DNA of 64,000 bases, from positions 74,772,001 through 74,836,000 of the forward strand of contig OX597820.1 of NCBI GenBank assembly GCA_951406725.2, read 5' to 3'. This DNA comes from Octopus vulgaris. Lineage: Eukaryota. Each line of letters opens with the position of its first letter. Positions within the stretch are counted from its first letter, which is position 1. The notes under the pieces are model-generated. The model ran no database searches. It saw only the letters and a program-made list of their open reading frames with translations, and was not told the origin of the DNA. Shown in pieces: positions 27,648-43,440 of this stretch. A program made the position numbers and the translations under genes.

Positions 27648-27722
27648 TCCTGAGCACCATGCTAATACATTTATTTGTTTGTACTCCACCTGCCTTTTGT
27701 TTATTTTCGTAAACCTTCCCGT

Positions 27723-27768
<46 letters not shown>

Positions 27769-27887
27769 CATATATATATACATATATATATGCATATGTA
27801 TATGCATATATACATATAAACGCCCAAACACACATATATACGCATGTATACATATATATATATACATATGCATCTTCCACGCTGCAA

Positions 27888-27956
<69 letters not shown>

Positions 27957-28031
27957 TACATACATACATACATAAACAGATAGATAGATAGATAAATAGA
28001 TAGATTGATAAATAGATAAATAGATAGATAA

Positions 28032-28083
<52 letters not shown>

Positions 28084-28455
28084 ATAGATAAATAGATTGA
28101 TAAATAGATAGATAGATAGATAGATAGATATAGATCTAGATATAGACTTGCATATGTACATATACATATATACATGAATGCGTGAGTGCGTATGTAATAG
28201 AAAAGCTACAGAAACTGAATTCAACTAATGGTTTTTCAAGAATCATGAAGGAAGAAAAATAAATTATTATTCATCTTCATGCCTACCGCAATCAACCTAA
28301 AGTGATTAATCTACGCAGTAAATTAAGCTTTGCCCCACTTGCTTGGAACTCGCTACATCTCTTTCTAACGAGATACATCGCTGGTTATACATTACAATAC
28401 TACATCGGTTTTCTAATCACTATGATCGCGAATAAATTGTGGCTCATGCATGCAT

Positions 28456-28576
<121 letters not shown>

Positions 28577-28582
28577 CATATA

Positions 28583-28745
28583 TACGACGGGCTTCAGTTT
28601 CCGTCTACCAAATCCACTCACAAGGCTTTGGTCGGCCCGAGACTATAGTAGAAGACACTTGCCCAAGGTGCATTACAGTGGGACTGAATCCGGAACCATG
28701 TGTTTAATAAGCAAGCTACTTACCACACAGCCACACCTACGCCTA
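28583..28745 (-). mobile_element. SINE family A 5' module
   Basis: Reverse complement of the 19458 head. Confidence 0.85.
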
Positions 28746-28849
28746 TTATATATATATATATATATTAATAAATATAAGGGTGGCAAAATATTCTCCGCTA
28801 CCAGCGGTCTAGTGATAAAGAAAAGATAGTCAAAGACTATATAATATAC

Positions 28850-28993
28850 ATTCAACAATATAAGGAATGGCCATAATAGGACATTCGACTCACTAGAAAG
28901 AGCAGCCAAACGCAAACCGCTAAATAGTTGTAATTGAGTTTGGCTGCTCTTTCTAGTGAGTCGAATGTCCTATAAAGGCCATTCCTTATATTG

Positions 28994-28999
<6 letters not shown>
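28850..28999. repeat. Near-perfect inverted repeat: 62-bp arms, 26-bp spacer
   Basis: 28850-28911 versus 28938-28999. Confidence 0.9.
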
Positions 29000-29053
<54 letters not shown>

Positions 29054-29601
29054 CGCTATTTGTTCGTGATCAGAGTTGTTGGAAAACCGAGGTTCTACTG
29101 TATTTCTATACAATTTCAACTGGTCATAATATTAATCAATTCAAGTGTATCTACGTTTGATACAACCACTCCTGTATTAGTTATATTAATTCCACTGTTA
29201 TTCATATCCTTCCTTTATATTCCTTCTGGTCCTAATCGGTTTACTTACTGTTTGGCTTTTGCTCCTTATTATTTAATCACTCTTCATATAGCATTATCTT
29301 TACATCATGGAATTTATATAATTCTTCATGTTTATCTGTTATAGTTAACCATAGTTGATTAATACATCATAATTGTTAATATGTATTTACATATACATAT
29401 GTATACACACATACAGAACTACTGTATTATATATGTTATTATATTACTAAAATAATATATTACTATAGTTGATTACTTATTATCCAGATGCATAATCCGA
29501 GTGCACTACTTTATAAAGATTCTAATATTTTCCGTTATCATTATGACTATATTCATATCTAGAAGAATAACACGTAAAAATAAATTTTGGATTGAAATTT
29601 G

Positions 29602-29602
29602 G

Positions 29603-29678
<76 letters not shown>

Positions 29679-29687
29679 GCTTGTCTG

Positions 29688-29738
<51 letters not shown>

Positions 29739-29755
29739 GTCTGTCTGTCTATCTG

Positions 29756-29822
<67 letters not shown>

Positions 29823-29889
29823 GTCTGTCTGATGTCTGTCTGTCTGTCTGTCTGTCTGTCTTTCTGTCTGTCTACGTAGCTAACTAGCT
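29602..29889. repeat. (ATCT)n/(GTCT)n microsatellite
   Basis: Direct reading. Confidence 0.95.
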
Positions 29890-30820
29890 AGCTAGCTAAC
29901 TGCGGTTTTAATTCCACAAAGGCGTTCTACAGAGGATGGGTGGAGGGCAGGTGCGACGACGTTTTCGGGAAAATTCTGGGCGTCGACGAGGAACACCTGA
30001 CCCACCTGTTCAGGAGAACTTTCGGGCAGGGACCTATGACAATCACCAGAGATCCCTGGTCTGGCAATGCTATCGGGAAGGATTGCCCGTTCGGGATAAG
30101 CTCTACATGTACGGTTCGAGATACACCGGATCGACATGCTCGATATGCGGTCAGAGCGACGAAACTGTTCTGCACGCACTCGTGCAGCGTCCAGCCATTT
30201 CGGACCTGTAGGCTTATGCCGAACGGCTGCTGTCACGTGTGGGACGGATTTGGTAGTCGGTCGAGTCTATCGTGAAAATTGTTCCGCCACCTTCCTTTAA
30301 CCAGGAAGGCAAGGCAGTTTTCATCGTACTGATGGCCATGGTGAAAGAATGTATATGGTGGACTCGAGCGAAAGGTTTAGAGACAAACACTTTCCTCTCT
30401 GGCCAATTGCTCATCAAATTTTTCAAGTACCAGTTGAAGAGGAAGGTTAGGATAGAAAGACAAGTTTTGTCTCATGAAAGATTCAATATAAGACGGGTGA
30501 ATGTAGCAAAGATTGTATGCTCGAATGAGGAAACCACTTTGAGCATGATCCTGTAAATCGAAGAGAGAGAGAGAGAGAGAGCACTTTACTCTCGTGTTTT
30601 TCCTGCCCTGCCTGAGGTTACCGTGGTCTTTATCGTAGGCTTTTCTTTCCACGGATAAACCTGATCTGTTCCATACATTTTTGGTCTGTTCTGTGAAACA
30701 CGATTCGTTTTGATCGGAATGTTTTTCCTCCCTTTTTTTCTATTTTCTTCCTTTTTCTTTCGAAAAGAAAAGCTCTACATTGTATTTTGTCCTTTCTGTG
30801 TGGTTTATAACGAATGTTAT
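29890..30820 (+). mobile_element. Second 5'-truncated Tx1-clade LINE, a diverged relative of 10029
   Basis: LGVDEEHLTHLFRRTFG, CSICGQSDETVLHALVQ and AVFIVLMAMVKECIWW are collinear with copy 1. (ATCT)n on both sides. Confidence 0.85.
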
Positions 30821-30822
30821 CC

Positions 30823-31716
<894 letters not shown>

Positions 31717-31922
31717 TTTGTGTGACTGTGTTTGACCCCCCCAACATCGTTTGACAACCGATGCTGGTGTGAAAACGTCCTCGGTTCGGCAAGAGAGACC
31801 AATAGAATAAGTACTAGGCTTACAAAGAATAAGTTTTGGGGTCGATTTGCTCGACTAAAAGCGGTACTCCAGCATGGCCGCAGTCACATGACTGGAACAA
31901 ATAAAAGAATAAAGGAAAAGAA
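31717..31922 (+). mobile_element. SINE family A 3' module
   Basis: ttgacaaccgatgctggtgtg...ccagcatggccgcagtc. Confidence 0.85.
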
Positions 31923-31927
31923 TATAT

Positions 31928-32019
<92 letters not shown>

Positions 32020-32254
32020 AACACACGCGCACACACAAAAGTCCATGGTGAGAAGTCACTGATATAGCCGTAGACTTCCTGACATTTCGTTCTGTCTTCA
32101 AATTCCACCTATTGTCGACATTGCTCTTCATCATTTGCGGTCGATGATGTATGTACCAGTGAAATTCTGGGATCAACGTAATCGTTTTAGCCCCTCGCCC
32201 GAATTTGCTGGCACAAGGCCAGACATTTTGTGGTGGGAGTATAGACAATTTCTT

Positions 32255-32461
32255 TTCCTAATTGTTTCAGTCATTTGACTGCGGCCATGCTGAAGCACCA
32301 CCTTTAGTCAAGCAACTCGACACCAGGACTTATTCTTTGTAAGTCTAGTGCTTATTCTGTCCGTCACTTTGGCCGAACTGCTAAGTTACGGGGACGTGAA
32401 CACACCAGCATCGGTTGTCAAGCGATGTTGGGGGAACAGATACAGACACACAAACATATAT

Positions 32462-32532
<71 letters not shown>

Positions 32533-32689
32533 TACGACGGGCTTCTTTCATTTTCCGTCTACCAATTCCAATCACAAGGCTTTGGTCGGCCCGAGGCTAT
32601 AGTAGAAGACAATTGCCCAAGGTGCTACGCAGTGGGACTGAGCCCGGATCCATGTGGTTGGTAGGCAAGCACAGCCATTCCTGCGCCTA
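32255..32689 (-). mobile_element. SINE family A composite
   Basis: Both modules are present with an internal (TA)(TG) array. Confidence 0.88.
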
Positions 32690-33089
32690 TTTGTTAAAAT
32701 CCAACTTACTAAATGAGGATAAAATAGTCTCGCAGAACTCTAGTAGTTTGTAGAAAATATATAGATTGTGCGAGTAATGAAAATACAAATGATGCAAACA
32801 CAATTAAAGATATGGCTGGAAAACATTTAAATGAAGGCTGAACTTTAAAGCTGTTACAGACAGTCAGCGACCGGTTGAATTATAATGCATATTCTGCAAA
32901 CTGCTGCACATAATGAAGCAATAATTATGCACAGACTGAAATATCAGTAGTTTGCTTGAAGCATTGTGTGCGAGTAAGTGCACAATTGAATTTTAGGAAC
33001 ACATACTACCACAGCTTATGGTTCAAATTGCACTGCTTATCAAAGTGTCTGGCATAACAACTCGAATTTTTATGGAGTGGACATAAATG

Positions 33090-33690
33090 TATTCTTTTAC
33101 TCTTTTACTTGTTTCAGTCAAGTGACTGTGGCCATGCTGGAGCACCGCCTTTAGTCGAGCAAATCGACCCCAGGACTTATTTTTTGTAAGCCTAGTACTT
33201 ATTCTATTGGTCACTTTTTGCCGAACCGCTAAATTACGGGGACGTAAACACACACAAGCATCGTTTGTCAAGCGATGTTGGGTGAATAAACGTAGACACA
33301 CAAACATATACACACATACATACATACATACATACATACATACATACACACACACAAAAAGAAAATTACATTGTTTTTTGCAAAAAATAATAAACATATA
33401 CAAAAATTTAAAAAATAGGTACACCGATACATTGTAAAGTCTTTGTGTGTCTCGAGTTCAATGATAGTTCTTGGAAAATTTAACTTAGAGGGTTGATATA
33501 TATATATATATATATATACAAATATACGCCGGGATTCTTTCAGTTTCAGTCTCCCAAATCCACTCACAAAGCTTTGGTCAACCCGAGGCTAAAGTAGAAG
33601 CCACTTGGCCAAGGTGCCACGAAGTGGGACTGAACCCGGAACCATGTAATTCGTAAGCAAGCTACTTACCACACAGCCACTCCTACGCCT
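33090..33690 (-). mobile_element. SINE family A composite with extra sequence in the linker
   Basis: 3' module at 33090-33300 and 5' module at 33525-33690. Confidence 0.85.
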
Positions 33691-33974
33691 ATATGATCTC
33701 AGGTAAAGGGACATCACCTTAAAAAACGCAAATGAGGTAAAGGTTTCAAAACTTTTATTCACTTAAATCTAATTATAAAAGGAAACCTATAGAAACAATA
33801 ACGTCTGCGTAAGCGGTACACCGGGATATTGGCAACCATCTTGTATACATGCATACATACATAGATACATACATACATACATAATATAAGCCTACATGCA
33901 TACATACATAGATACATACATACATACATAATATAAGCCTACATGCATACATACATTGATACATACATACATAC

Positions 33975-34554
33975 GGCCCTGGGATATGTAACACACTGCC
34001 TAAATACCAATCATGAGAAATTAGGCTTAACAAAACCAGAAAGGAGAAAGCTAATTCACAGACTACACATCCAATCCATCATTGGAACTGTAAAAATATC
34101 TAATCCTTTCCGGAAGTTTATCATTTAAATATATATGCGCATGTTTAGATATGTAACTATATGCATGAGAATACATACATAAAACATGAAATGACCCAAT
34201 GAAATCCTCAATAAAATGTAAACACTGATATAATGATTTTGGATAGAGAAGAGAAACTGTGCACAGTTGTGGAAATCAGCTGCCCAGCGGATGCTAACAT
34301 AAAGGTAAAGATCCGTGAAAAACAGAATACCTAGGCTGAACTATTGAGAAATCTACTGTTACGCTATCCAGATTACAAGTTCAGGTTTATACTTGTAATT
34401 ATTGGGGCCCTGAGATATGAAACAAGTTGCCTAAATACCAATCCTGAGAAATTAGGCTACTCAAAACCAGAAAGAGAAAGCTTATTCGAAGACTACAGAT
34501 CCAAGCCGTCACTGGAGCAGTAACAGTCTTTAAATTTTCAAGAAGTTTATCGTT

Positions 34555-34610
<56 letters not shown>

Positions 34611-34830
34611 CATGTTTAGATATGCAACTAGATGCATGTGAATACACAGAATACACATGCATACATGCATACATACATACATACATACATACATACAAAC
34701 ATGTAATAAAAATACCCTGTTTTGGATGTTGAAATTCGACTGAAGGAACCTTGGACCTAAGTTAGAAATTGTCTTCCTCTATTGGCAAGAAATCTTGAAA
34801 TAAAACTGAAGAATGTCATACATACGTAAA
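33975..34830 (+). mobile_element. RLE-type (R4-like) non-LTR 3' fragments, two tandem pieces in (ATAC)n
   Basis: DIMILDREEKLCTVVEISCPAD..K.REK is a PD-(D/E)xK-like restriction endonuclease motif, followed by VIIGAL and RRLQIQ..TG. The 3' UTR ends at catacatac. Confidence 0.75.
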
Positions 34831-35049
34831 CTCATGTGTGTACTCGATGCTCTGGAGAGGAAGAATACCGCGTATTAGTATATAGAAGGTACAGTGTTGA
34901 TCAAAAGGTAGGCGAGAAATTTTAGTATATACAGTGGGTTGGATCACCTGAGTAAACGAGGTACAAGACCAGGTAACTCTGAAGATTAAAGGTATCATAT
35001 TGTAGTGTTACAATGAAAAATACATTGAGGGAAGTCAAAGCGCTTGTTA

Positions 35050-36200
35050 CCCAGAGTCTGTAGTGTGTTCGTTGTTTGCAACAGATAAGCAAATGAAGAT
35101 TATGTCAGTAATCAACCTGGAGGTTATCCCTTAGCGAAGGCAAATAGGTGATATGAAAAAAATATTGGGAATGTTTTTTCCGACACAGAATCTGTAGGAA
35201 GTATACGAAAATTTTATAAGTTCTTTTGAATCCATCGCAATGTCGGAAAGCCTTCCATAACATTTAGTATCTCAATCCAGTGGTCACAGGCGTTTCACCC
35301 CTTAAACTGTCCGCTTGAATATTCAAACAATAAATACTTTAATTGTTTATGTCTGATGCTCAATAAATTTTATCTGACACCATAAGCAAATAAAAATACC
35401 CTACATTATTAAATCTGTAATTATGGATATTCGGATCATATCAGAAGACATTAGGATATTGAAAATGCACTGGAGCAGCTTTCCGAGTTTATTAACATAT
35501 TTTTAATACAAAGTTTGCGACAAATGTAGTAAAAATCTTAATTACACACGGATCTTTAATAATAACCATTATAGAAGAATAGGAACTTAACAGAGAATAG
35601 GAAATAAAAACTGGACCGAGAATACTAAGCTTCTTACAGACAGACTCACAAATTTTAGTTGGAATGAATAACATTAGTGTTTAGATTCCACTTGGTTTGT
35701 TCTCAGAATCGTGCACTTAAATGTTTATGCCGGCTTATAAGTAATTAAACATATATTGGTTGGTTTATTTTTCAATGTTGTCCTCCTGAGTTCAAACGCT
35801 TTTTCTATTGATTTACTAATCCCCCAAATTTTTATATTTACTTTATTTATTCATTCTTGAAACTATTTGGCTAAGCATCAAAGATATTTTTGCAAATTGT
35901 TCTTCTCTCCTTTGAGTATTTGATCTTTAGAGATGTATAATTCCTCTACAAACACACTGGCTGTTATTCTTCAATATTCTCAATGAATTTTTTTTGCTCT
36001 GTTTTTGTTGTTCTATTTTTTTTTTCAGCCACAAATTTCCATTGATCCGCTTAACTGTTTAGGTAACAAAACTATTTCTTATTTCAGCTTTGAACTATCG
36101 AATTTATTTATAAAATGCTCCATTACTTATTTACGTCTCTTTAAAACTATTTCGTTATATAATAATTATGTTTCTGCACTGTTGGAAGAAGAGCTAGAAT
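35050..36200 (-). mobile_element. Possible highly decayed hAT-like transposase
   Basis: Minus-strand DHWIEILNVMEGFPTL...ILPTDSVSEKTF loosely resembles the hAT C-terminal dimerization motif. Confidence 0.25.
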
Positions 36201-36306
36201 GTTGCACACTAGCTGGGAAAGAGGTGTATTGAAAAAAGCTCACTATGCGAGCGGGTTTCGGTTACCAGTCAATTACAGTCGTTCTGTTTATTTCTAATTC
36301 CTTTAA

Positions 36307-36510
36307 AGCGGCGAGCTGGCAGAATAGTTAGCACACCGGAGAAAGTACTCAGCGGCTTTTCTTCTGGTTAAAATTCTGAATTCAAAATTTTCCCGATGCC
36401 AACTTAGCCATTCATCATTTCGGGGTCGATAATCTAAGTACCAGTGGGTCAATGAAATCGACTGGCCCTCTCCCACAAAGTCTCCGGCCCTGCGCGTATA
36501 GTTGAAAAGA
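36307..36510 (+). mobile_element. SINE family B
   Basis: gcggcgagctggcagaatagttagcacaccgg head and core. Confidence 0.8.
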
Positions 36511-36612
36511 TTATTTCTAATGCCTTTCAGTAAACGAAAAAAAATGCCACTTAAATGGAGAGGTGTATATGCATATGCTATAGCATTTACCCTAATTCAA
36601 GAATAAGAGGCG

Positions 36613-36948
36613 TGAAGGCGCATGGCTCCGTGGTTAGAGCGTCGATCTTACGATCGTGAGGTTGAGTTCGAATCCCGGACCGGGCTGCGTGTTGTATTAT
36701 TGAGCAAGACACCTTATTTCACGTTGCTCCAGTTCACTCAGCTTTTGAAATGAGTTGTGACGTCACAGGTACCAAGCTGTATCGGCCTTTTGCTTCCCCT
36801 TGGATAAGACTGGTAGCGTGGAGAGGGGAGGACGGTATGCATGGGCGACTGCTGTTCTTCCATAAACACCTTTGCCCGGACTTGTGCCTGGGAGGGTAAC
36901 TTTCTAGGTGCAACCCTACGGTCAGTCATGACCGAAGGGGGTCTCAAC
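36613..36948 (+). mobile_element. SINE family C-related (tRNA head)
   Basis: ggcgcatggctccgtggttagagcg...gagttcgaatcccgg. The gttgctccagt core is shared with 13651. Confidence 0.8.
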
Positions 36949-37122
36949 AAATATGCATATACTATAGCATTTACTCTATTTCAAAAATGAGAGGTAACTG
37001 ATGATAATCTACATCAGAAACAATTTGTTCATAAGAGAATTTATAGAGTAGAGGGATAAATTCATTAGTTCTTAAGACTGAGTGAAATGATCAAACACTT
37101 CTATGGACTCTCCTTTAGTTTT

Positions 37123-37935
37123 CGAAGTCGTGGTATCAAAAAGTACCTGAACTTCTTGTGCGCGCCAAAATGGCAGCACACGGTTGCGTGTGCAGCGGGA
37201 GCTAGCAGTGAACTTCATGTGGCAGTGTGTCGAGTGACATCACTGTGTTTACTTAGCAAGTTGTGAAATTTGTGTTTTTGTGATCACGTGTATGCTGTAG
37301 CCTGTGATTTGGAAGAGTCAACGGGAAATTTTGCGTTTGACTTGGGACGTCTGCTACAAAAACATTGAACATGCTTCAGCAAGCTTACGGCGATGAAGCA
37401 ATGGAAGAGGCTTTCATCTCCACGACCAAAGAAGGCATGACAGAGCCGGAACTCAATCAAGAGTACGCTCACCATGTTTTTCGACATCCGTGGTATTGTG
37501 CTTCAAGGATTCGTCCCCCGGTGCCAGACCGTCGGTCGAGAGTTCTACTGCGAGGTTTTGAAGCGTTTGAGGGAGGACATTCGGTGAAAACGACTGGATT
37601 TGTGGGGCACGAAGAATCTGTGCGGCACGAAGAATTGGATTCTTCACGGCGACAATGCACCCTGTCACCGAGCCCCATTCCCGAGATCTGGGAATTTTTA
37701 TCCTTTCCTAAAGATGAAAATACGGCTCAAAGGTCGCTGCTTTAACACCATTGTTGAGACCAAGTGCGAATCGCAGAAGGTCCACAACTCGCTTCAGGAA
37801 ACGGCTTCTTGGCCTGGCACCGGTGTATTGCTGCGCAAGGTGACTATTTCGAAAGAGATTATGTTAAAGTTTAGGCAAAGAAGTTATTTTCTATTAGACA
37901 TAACCAGTCCGGGAAGCTTTTGATATAACGTCGTA
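37123..37935 (+). mobile_element. Internally deleted mariner with both TIRs
   Basis: TIRs gtggtatcaaaaagt / agcttttgatataac. Remnants LNMLQQAYGDEAM, MFFDIRGIV, WILHGDNAPCH and KMKIRLKGRCF. Confidence 0.85.
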
Positions 37936-38331
37936 TATTCTCAACGTCAGCTTAATCCCAACACACTATTTTTTCTGGTTATCATATGAAGTTGTTATTA
38001 AATTTAGGTTTTCTTCTTTGGATTCAATAAAGGTTTGTATCTTTTAATCCCATTAATTATTGAGTTTTTGGTTTCATTTCAGTATTTTAAATACGTATAT
38101 CTTGTGCAGTTACGAGTATACAATGTATAAACACAGTTATTAAAATAAACTATACTTTTCGCAAATTGCAGTCGAAAGTACACAAATACGCTCTCTCAGC
38201 CGTCCTCATATTTTACCCAGTGGAACATTGAGGTTGTGATAACTGGAGATACAGAGGAGGACATCACTACTTAGGACAATAAAACTGAATATGTAGGTAT
38301 ACAATACATATAATATACAGGCGCAGGCGTA

Positions 38332-38895
38332 AGGCGGCGAAGTGGCAGAATTGTTAGCACACCAGGCGAAAAGCTTAGCGGTGCTTTGTGCTTCTTTACG
38401 TTCTGAGTTCAAATTCCGTCGAGGTCGAATTTACTTTCATCTTTTCGGGGGTCAATAAATTAAGTAGCATTTGCGTACTGAGGTTGATCTAATCAACTGG
38501 TCCCCCTCCCACCAAAATTTCAGGCCTTGTGCCTATAGTAGGAAAGTATTTTTACGTTATGCGTTCAAAGTATGCCGAGGTCGATTTTACCTTTCACCCT
38601 TTCGGTCGATAAATTAAATATCAGTTGTGTACTGGGTCGATGTAATCGACTGGCCCCCTCCTCCAAAATTTCGGGTCTTGTTCCCAGAGTGCAAAATAAT
38701 AGTTAACCTATGAATGATTTCAAATTTTGCTACAAGAGCAATAATTTTGAGGGAGGGGATGAATCGATTACATCTATCACAGTCTTCAACTGGTACTTAT
38801 TTTTTCGACCCGGAAGGATGAAAGACAAAGTTGACCTCGGCGGAATTTGAACTCTGAACGGAGCGACTGCTAATAATTCTTCCAGCGTACCTTCT
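38332..38895. mobile_element. Cluster of SINE B copies (two plus, one minus)
   Basis: Repeated gaggtcga..tttca..tttcgg cores at about 38420 and 38578, with an inverted copy at 38715-38895. Confidence 0.8.
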
Positions 38896-38914
38896 CCACG
38901 CCACCGATGTAATC

Positions 38915-39077
38915 CAAGGGAAAGGCAAAAGCCGACTCAGCTTGGCACAGTGACGTGGCAACTCATTTCTATAAAGCGTATTGATAAAGAACTCAACACA
39001 CAGCCCGGTCTGGGAATCGAACTAAGTACTTCATGATTGAAAGTCCCACGCTCTAACCACTGAGCCATGCACCTCCA
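38915..39077 (-). mobile_element. SINE family C-related head
   Basis: Minus strand tggaggtgcatggctcagtggttagagcg...gttcgattcccagaccggg. Confidence 0.75.
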
Positions 39078-39331
39078 CAATGTTATATTTAATACTCGTA
39101 ATAAGTCCAGCTTTTCATCGGAGGTCATACATTCGTGGATATTTAAATGCATACATAGAAACATACATACAGAAGTGAAAGTGTGTGAATGTATGCCTGT
39201 CGTTTTTCTTTCCTCTCTGCTTCACTGTCATACAATTTATTTAAGCTAATCATTAACCTGACGTGCAAAAACAAGAACTCAGCTATTAGTGCCTATTTAT
39301 ACGTATGTATGTGCATGACTGTGCGCATATA

Positions 39332-39399
<68 letters not shown>

Positions 39400-39404
39400 C
39401 ACAC

Positions 39405-39596
<192 letters not shown>

Positions 39597-40815
39597 GATA
39601 CATGGAGGTGTGTGTGTTTGGCGTAAATATGTCGATAGTTTGGTGCAGGAGGGAGTAGAGAGGCTGAATGCGTTAATGTTGTTTGTTTTTTTCTCGCGGT
39701 GTGAGTATGCGTGAGCGTGCGTGCGTGTGCATCTGTGTATGTGTGTTCTTGAAATTCGAAACGTCTTATTGTGAAGGGCGTTTATTTTACGTCGACGGGC
39801 GACATTGAAACAATGAACGATGTAGGAAAATTTATATATACATGCGAACACGCATACATAAATTATGTATATATATATATATATATATATGTATCTGTGT
39901 TTGTGTGTGTGTGAGTGTGTGTGTGTGTGTGTGCGTTTGTATGTGTCTGCGCGTATGTGCATGAGGACAGAATATACATGCAGGTCACATGTATATGTCT
40001 AATATTTATGATGCAAACATACCTATACATATTCATGTGTATATAAATCTATATATGTACCTGCGTGTGTATAAATATGTACATATATGTATATATGTGT
40101 GTGTGTGTGTGTTTATCCATCTACACCCACACACATATATACACGCATGTGTATATATAACATAACCATTCTCCTTACACACAAGACATTTGGATGTATC
40201 CTCCACCATCACGTCGTTATTGACTCCTGTCCTTAGGGGCGATGCTTTCTGATATTTCCAATAAACTGTATCAACAACAGCTTATAGAAATCTTTTATTT
40301 TTTACAGTCTAGAAGAGCCACGTACTTCAGAAATATTTCAGCAGGCTTTTTACTTGCGGCGTAGCTGTAGTTGATATTCAGATAGCGTTTGATTGAATCA
40401 ATCACATGAATTCTTTGAAAGGATAATCTGTCAAATCTTCCTCACAGGTGTTTATTTATAAATCATAGTTAAGCAATGTATTGCCTTTCGTATGCCACCG
40501 TTAGTGAAAGAGGAGAAATAACAGAGGATGATTTAGTTAAGGTAAAGTCGTTGCCAACACGTTATTCGAAGAACTGGGTGTGCATAAATGTTCAATGAAA
40601 TGTTTTCATAACACCCACACACATAAACACACACAAACTCACCCGCGCACACATAAATATATGTTTATGTACTTATTCCTTTATGTCCATATATGTCCCT
40701 ATGTATGTTCATCACATGCTTGACAAACATGTATGTTCATGTATGCTATGTATGTCTGTGAGTGTGTGTATATGTATGTGTGTGTGAGTGTGTGTGTGTA
40801 TAAGCGCTTAAGCGG

Positions 40816-40973
40816 AGGAGTGGATGTGTGGTAAGTAGCTTGCTTACCAACCACATGGTTCCTGGTTCAGTCCCAATGTGTAACATCTTGGGCAAGTGTC
40901 TTCTACTATAGCCTCGGGCTGACCATAGATGTGTGAGTGAATTTGGTGGAGGGAAACTGAAAGAAGCCTGTGG

Positions 40974-41053
<80 letters not shown>

Positions 41054-41260
41054 TTGTACGTCTGTGTTTATCACCTCACCATCGATTGACAATAGATCTT
41101 GGTGTGTTTATTTCCCGTAACTTAGCGGTTCGGTAAAAGAAGCCGATAAAATACTACTAGGCTTACAAAGATTAAGTCCTGGGGTCGATTGGTTCGACTA
41201 AAGGCGTTGCTCCAGCGTGGCCACAGTCAAATGACAGAAACAAACAAAAGGATAAAAGAA
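40816..41260 (+). mobile_element. SINE family A composite
   Basis: Full head, (TA)(TG) linker and 3' module. Confidence 0.88.
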
Positions 41261-41337
41261 TATATATATATATATATTATGGATCTCTCACGTTTTCTCT
41301 CCGACTTTTATACCTACATACATACATATATACATAC

Positions 41338-41393
<56 letters not shown>

Positions 41394-41856
41394 ATACATC
41401 TATATCTATATGTATGTATGTATGTATGTATGCGTGTATGTATGTATCTATCTATCTATACACAAACCCACACACATCCACTCATAATAACTTGTTATTT
41501 TTTACACATCACGTACGCAATATTTATTTTCTTCTTTTCATTGTTATCAAGTTCATGGTCGTTATTATTTTTATCATTGTTACTATTATTGTAACTTTAA
41601 TTTCATTTTTGTTATCATCACCCAGCCACTTGCCTTCCTTTCACATGTTCTGTTTCTTAAGATAAGTGCCATCGCTTGTTGTTCTCCGACAGCGATGTCT
41701 CGGTATTTGAAGCTCCAATGGGACAGTGAAGAAATTCGAGCTACGACCACCAAATGAGTTGTTACTGCTTTGGGAGGATCAAGAATAGCCCAGCATGCAC
41801 TGCTGTGTCAACACGTCAGCTAGAACTGAACACTGGCTTTTTCCTGTCCATCAATT

Positions 41857-41926
<70 letters not shown>

Positions 41927-42051
41927 CATGCATACATACATATATGTATACATACATATGCTTACATATGTATATTTATAAATATAAATATATAGATATG
42001 GACACATACATGCATATACACATACACACATAAATACATATGTATATTTAT

Positions 42052-42117
<66 letters not shown>

Positions 42118-42172
42118 AAATATACTTGTGTGCGTGTATAATTTAATGTTTATTTGGATATCTATCTATCTC

Positions 42173-42258
<86 letters not shown>

Positions 42259-42424
42259 GATATATTACGTACGTGCAAGTATGTATATCATTTATATACA
42301 TCTGTGTTATATATACTGATATGTGTGCTCCTATATACGAATACATGTGTATAAATTTGTTTGCGTTTTATATATATATTCATGTACACACACACGAACA
42401 TACAATACACATAAATATACATGT

Positions 42425-42472
<48 letters not shown>

Positions 42473-43035
42473 GTATGAGTGTGTTTGTGTGTGTAATATC
42501 AACATAGATGAATAAAGAAATTAATGGGCATAAATATAAAGTAAACGTAAGAATAAAGGAAAATTATATAAAAATAACACGTAGAAATAATCCAACGATA
42601 GCTTGAACTGAAAGAAAATCAGTAACGACTACAAGACAGTCACTAAAGGCAGTAACATCTCTGCTCTCTGCCTTGATAGTTTCATTTTTCATTACAAATG
42701 TGTCAGTAAAAAGTCATCAGGCTGTCAATTTGGTTTGCCGAAGCATCGCTTCGAAATTGGAACTAATGGGTAAGTGTGAAAATAATGATATACATAAAAC
42801 CTTTCTAAAATATTATTCTAAAACAAAATAAGGTAAAATATCAATACCAAAAGGAAAAAAAGAAAAATAGAAGAAAAATCCAAAGTTCCTGCCAATTTAC
42901 CTTACAGAAATCAATCACAAAACTATATTCCGGAATATATCTCCGAGGAGTTTCTAACAATTATTGTTGAGGAACAATTCAATGTATCGCGTTTCCCAGG
43001 AATATCATCGTACACAAGTCACCAAGGAACTAACT

Positions 43036-43036
43036 G

Positions 43037-43132
<96 letters not shown>

Positions 43133-43440
43133 CCTGTCTGTCTATTTATCTATCTGTCTATTTATCTATTTGTCTGTCTATCTATATCTGTCTATGTATG
43201 TATGTATGTATGTATGTATGTATGTATGTATGCATGTATGTATGTATGTATCTATCTATCCATCTACCTACATACCTGCCTACCTACCTACCTACCTACC
43301 TACCTACCTACGTACGTACGTACCTACCTACCTACCTACCTACCTACCTACCTACCTATCTTCCTACCTACCTACCTACCTATCTATCTATCTGTCTATC
43401 TCTCTATCTATTTATCTATCTATCTACTTATCTATCTATA
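43036..43440. repeat. Compound (TCTA)n-(TGTA)n-(CCTA)n microsatellite
   Basis: Direct reading. Confidence 0.95.
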
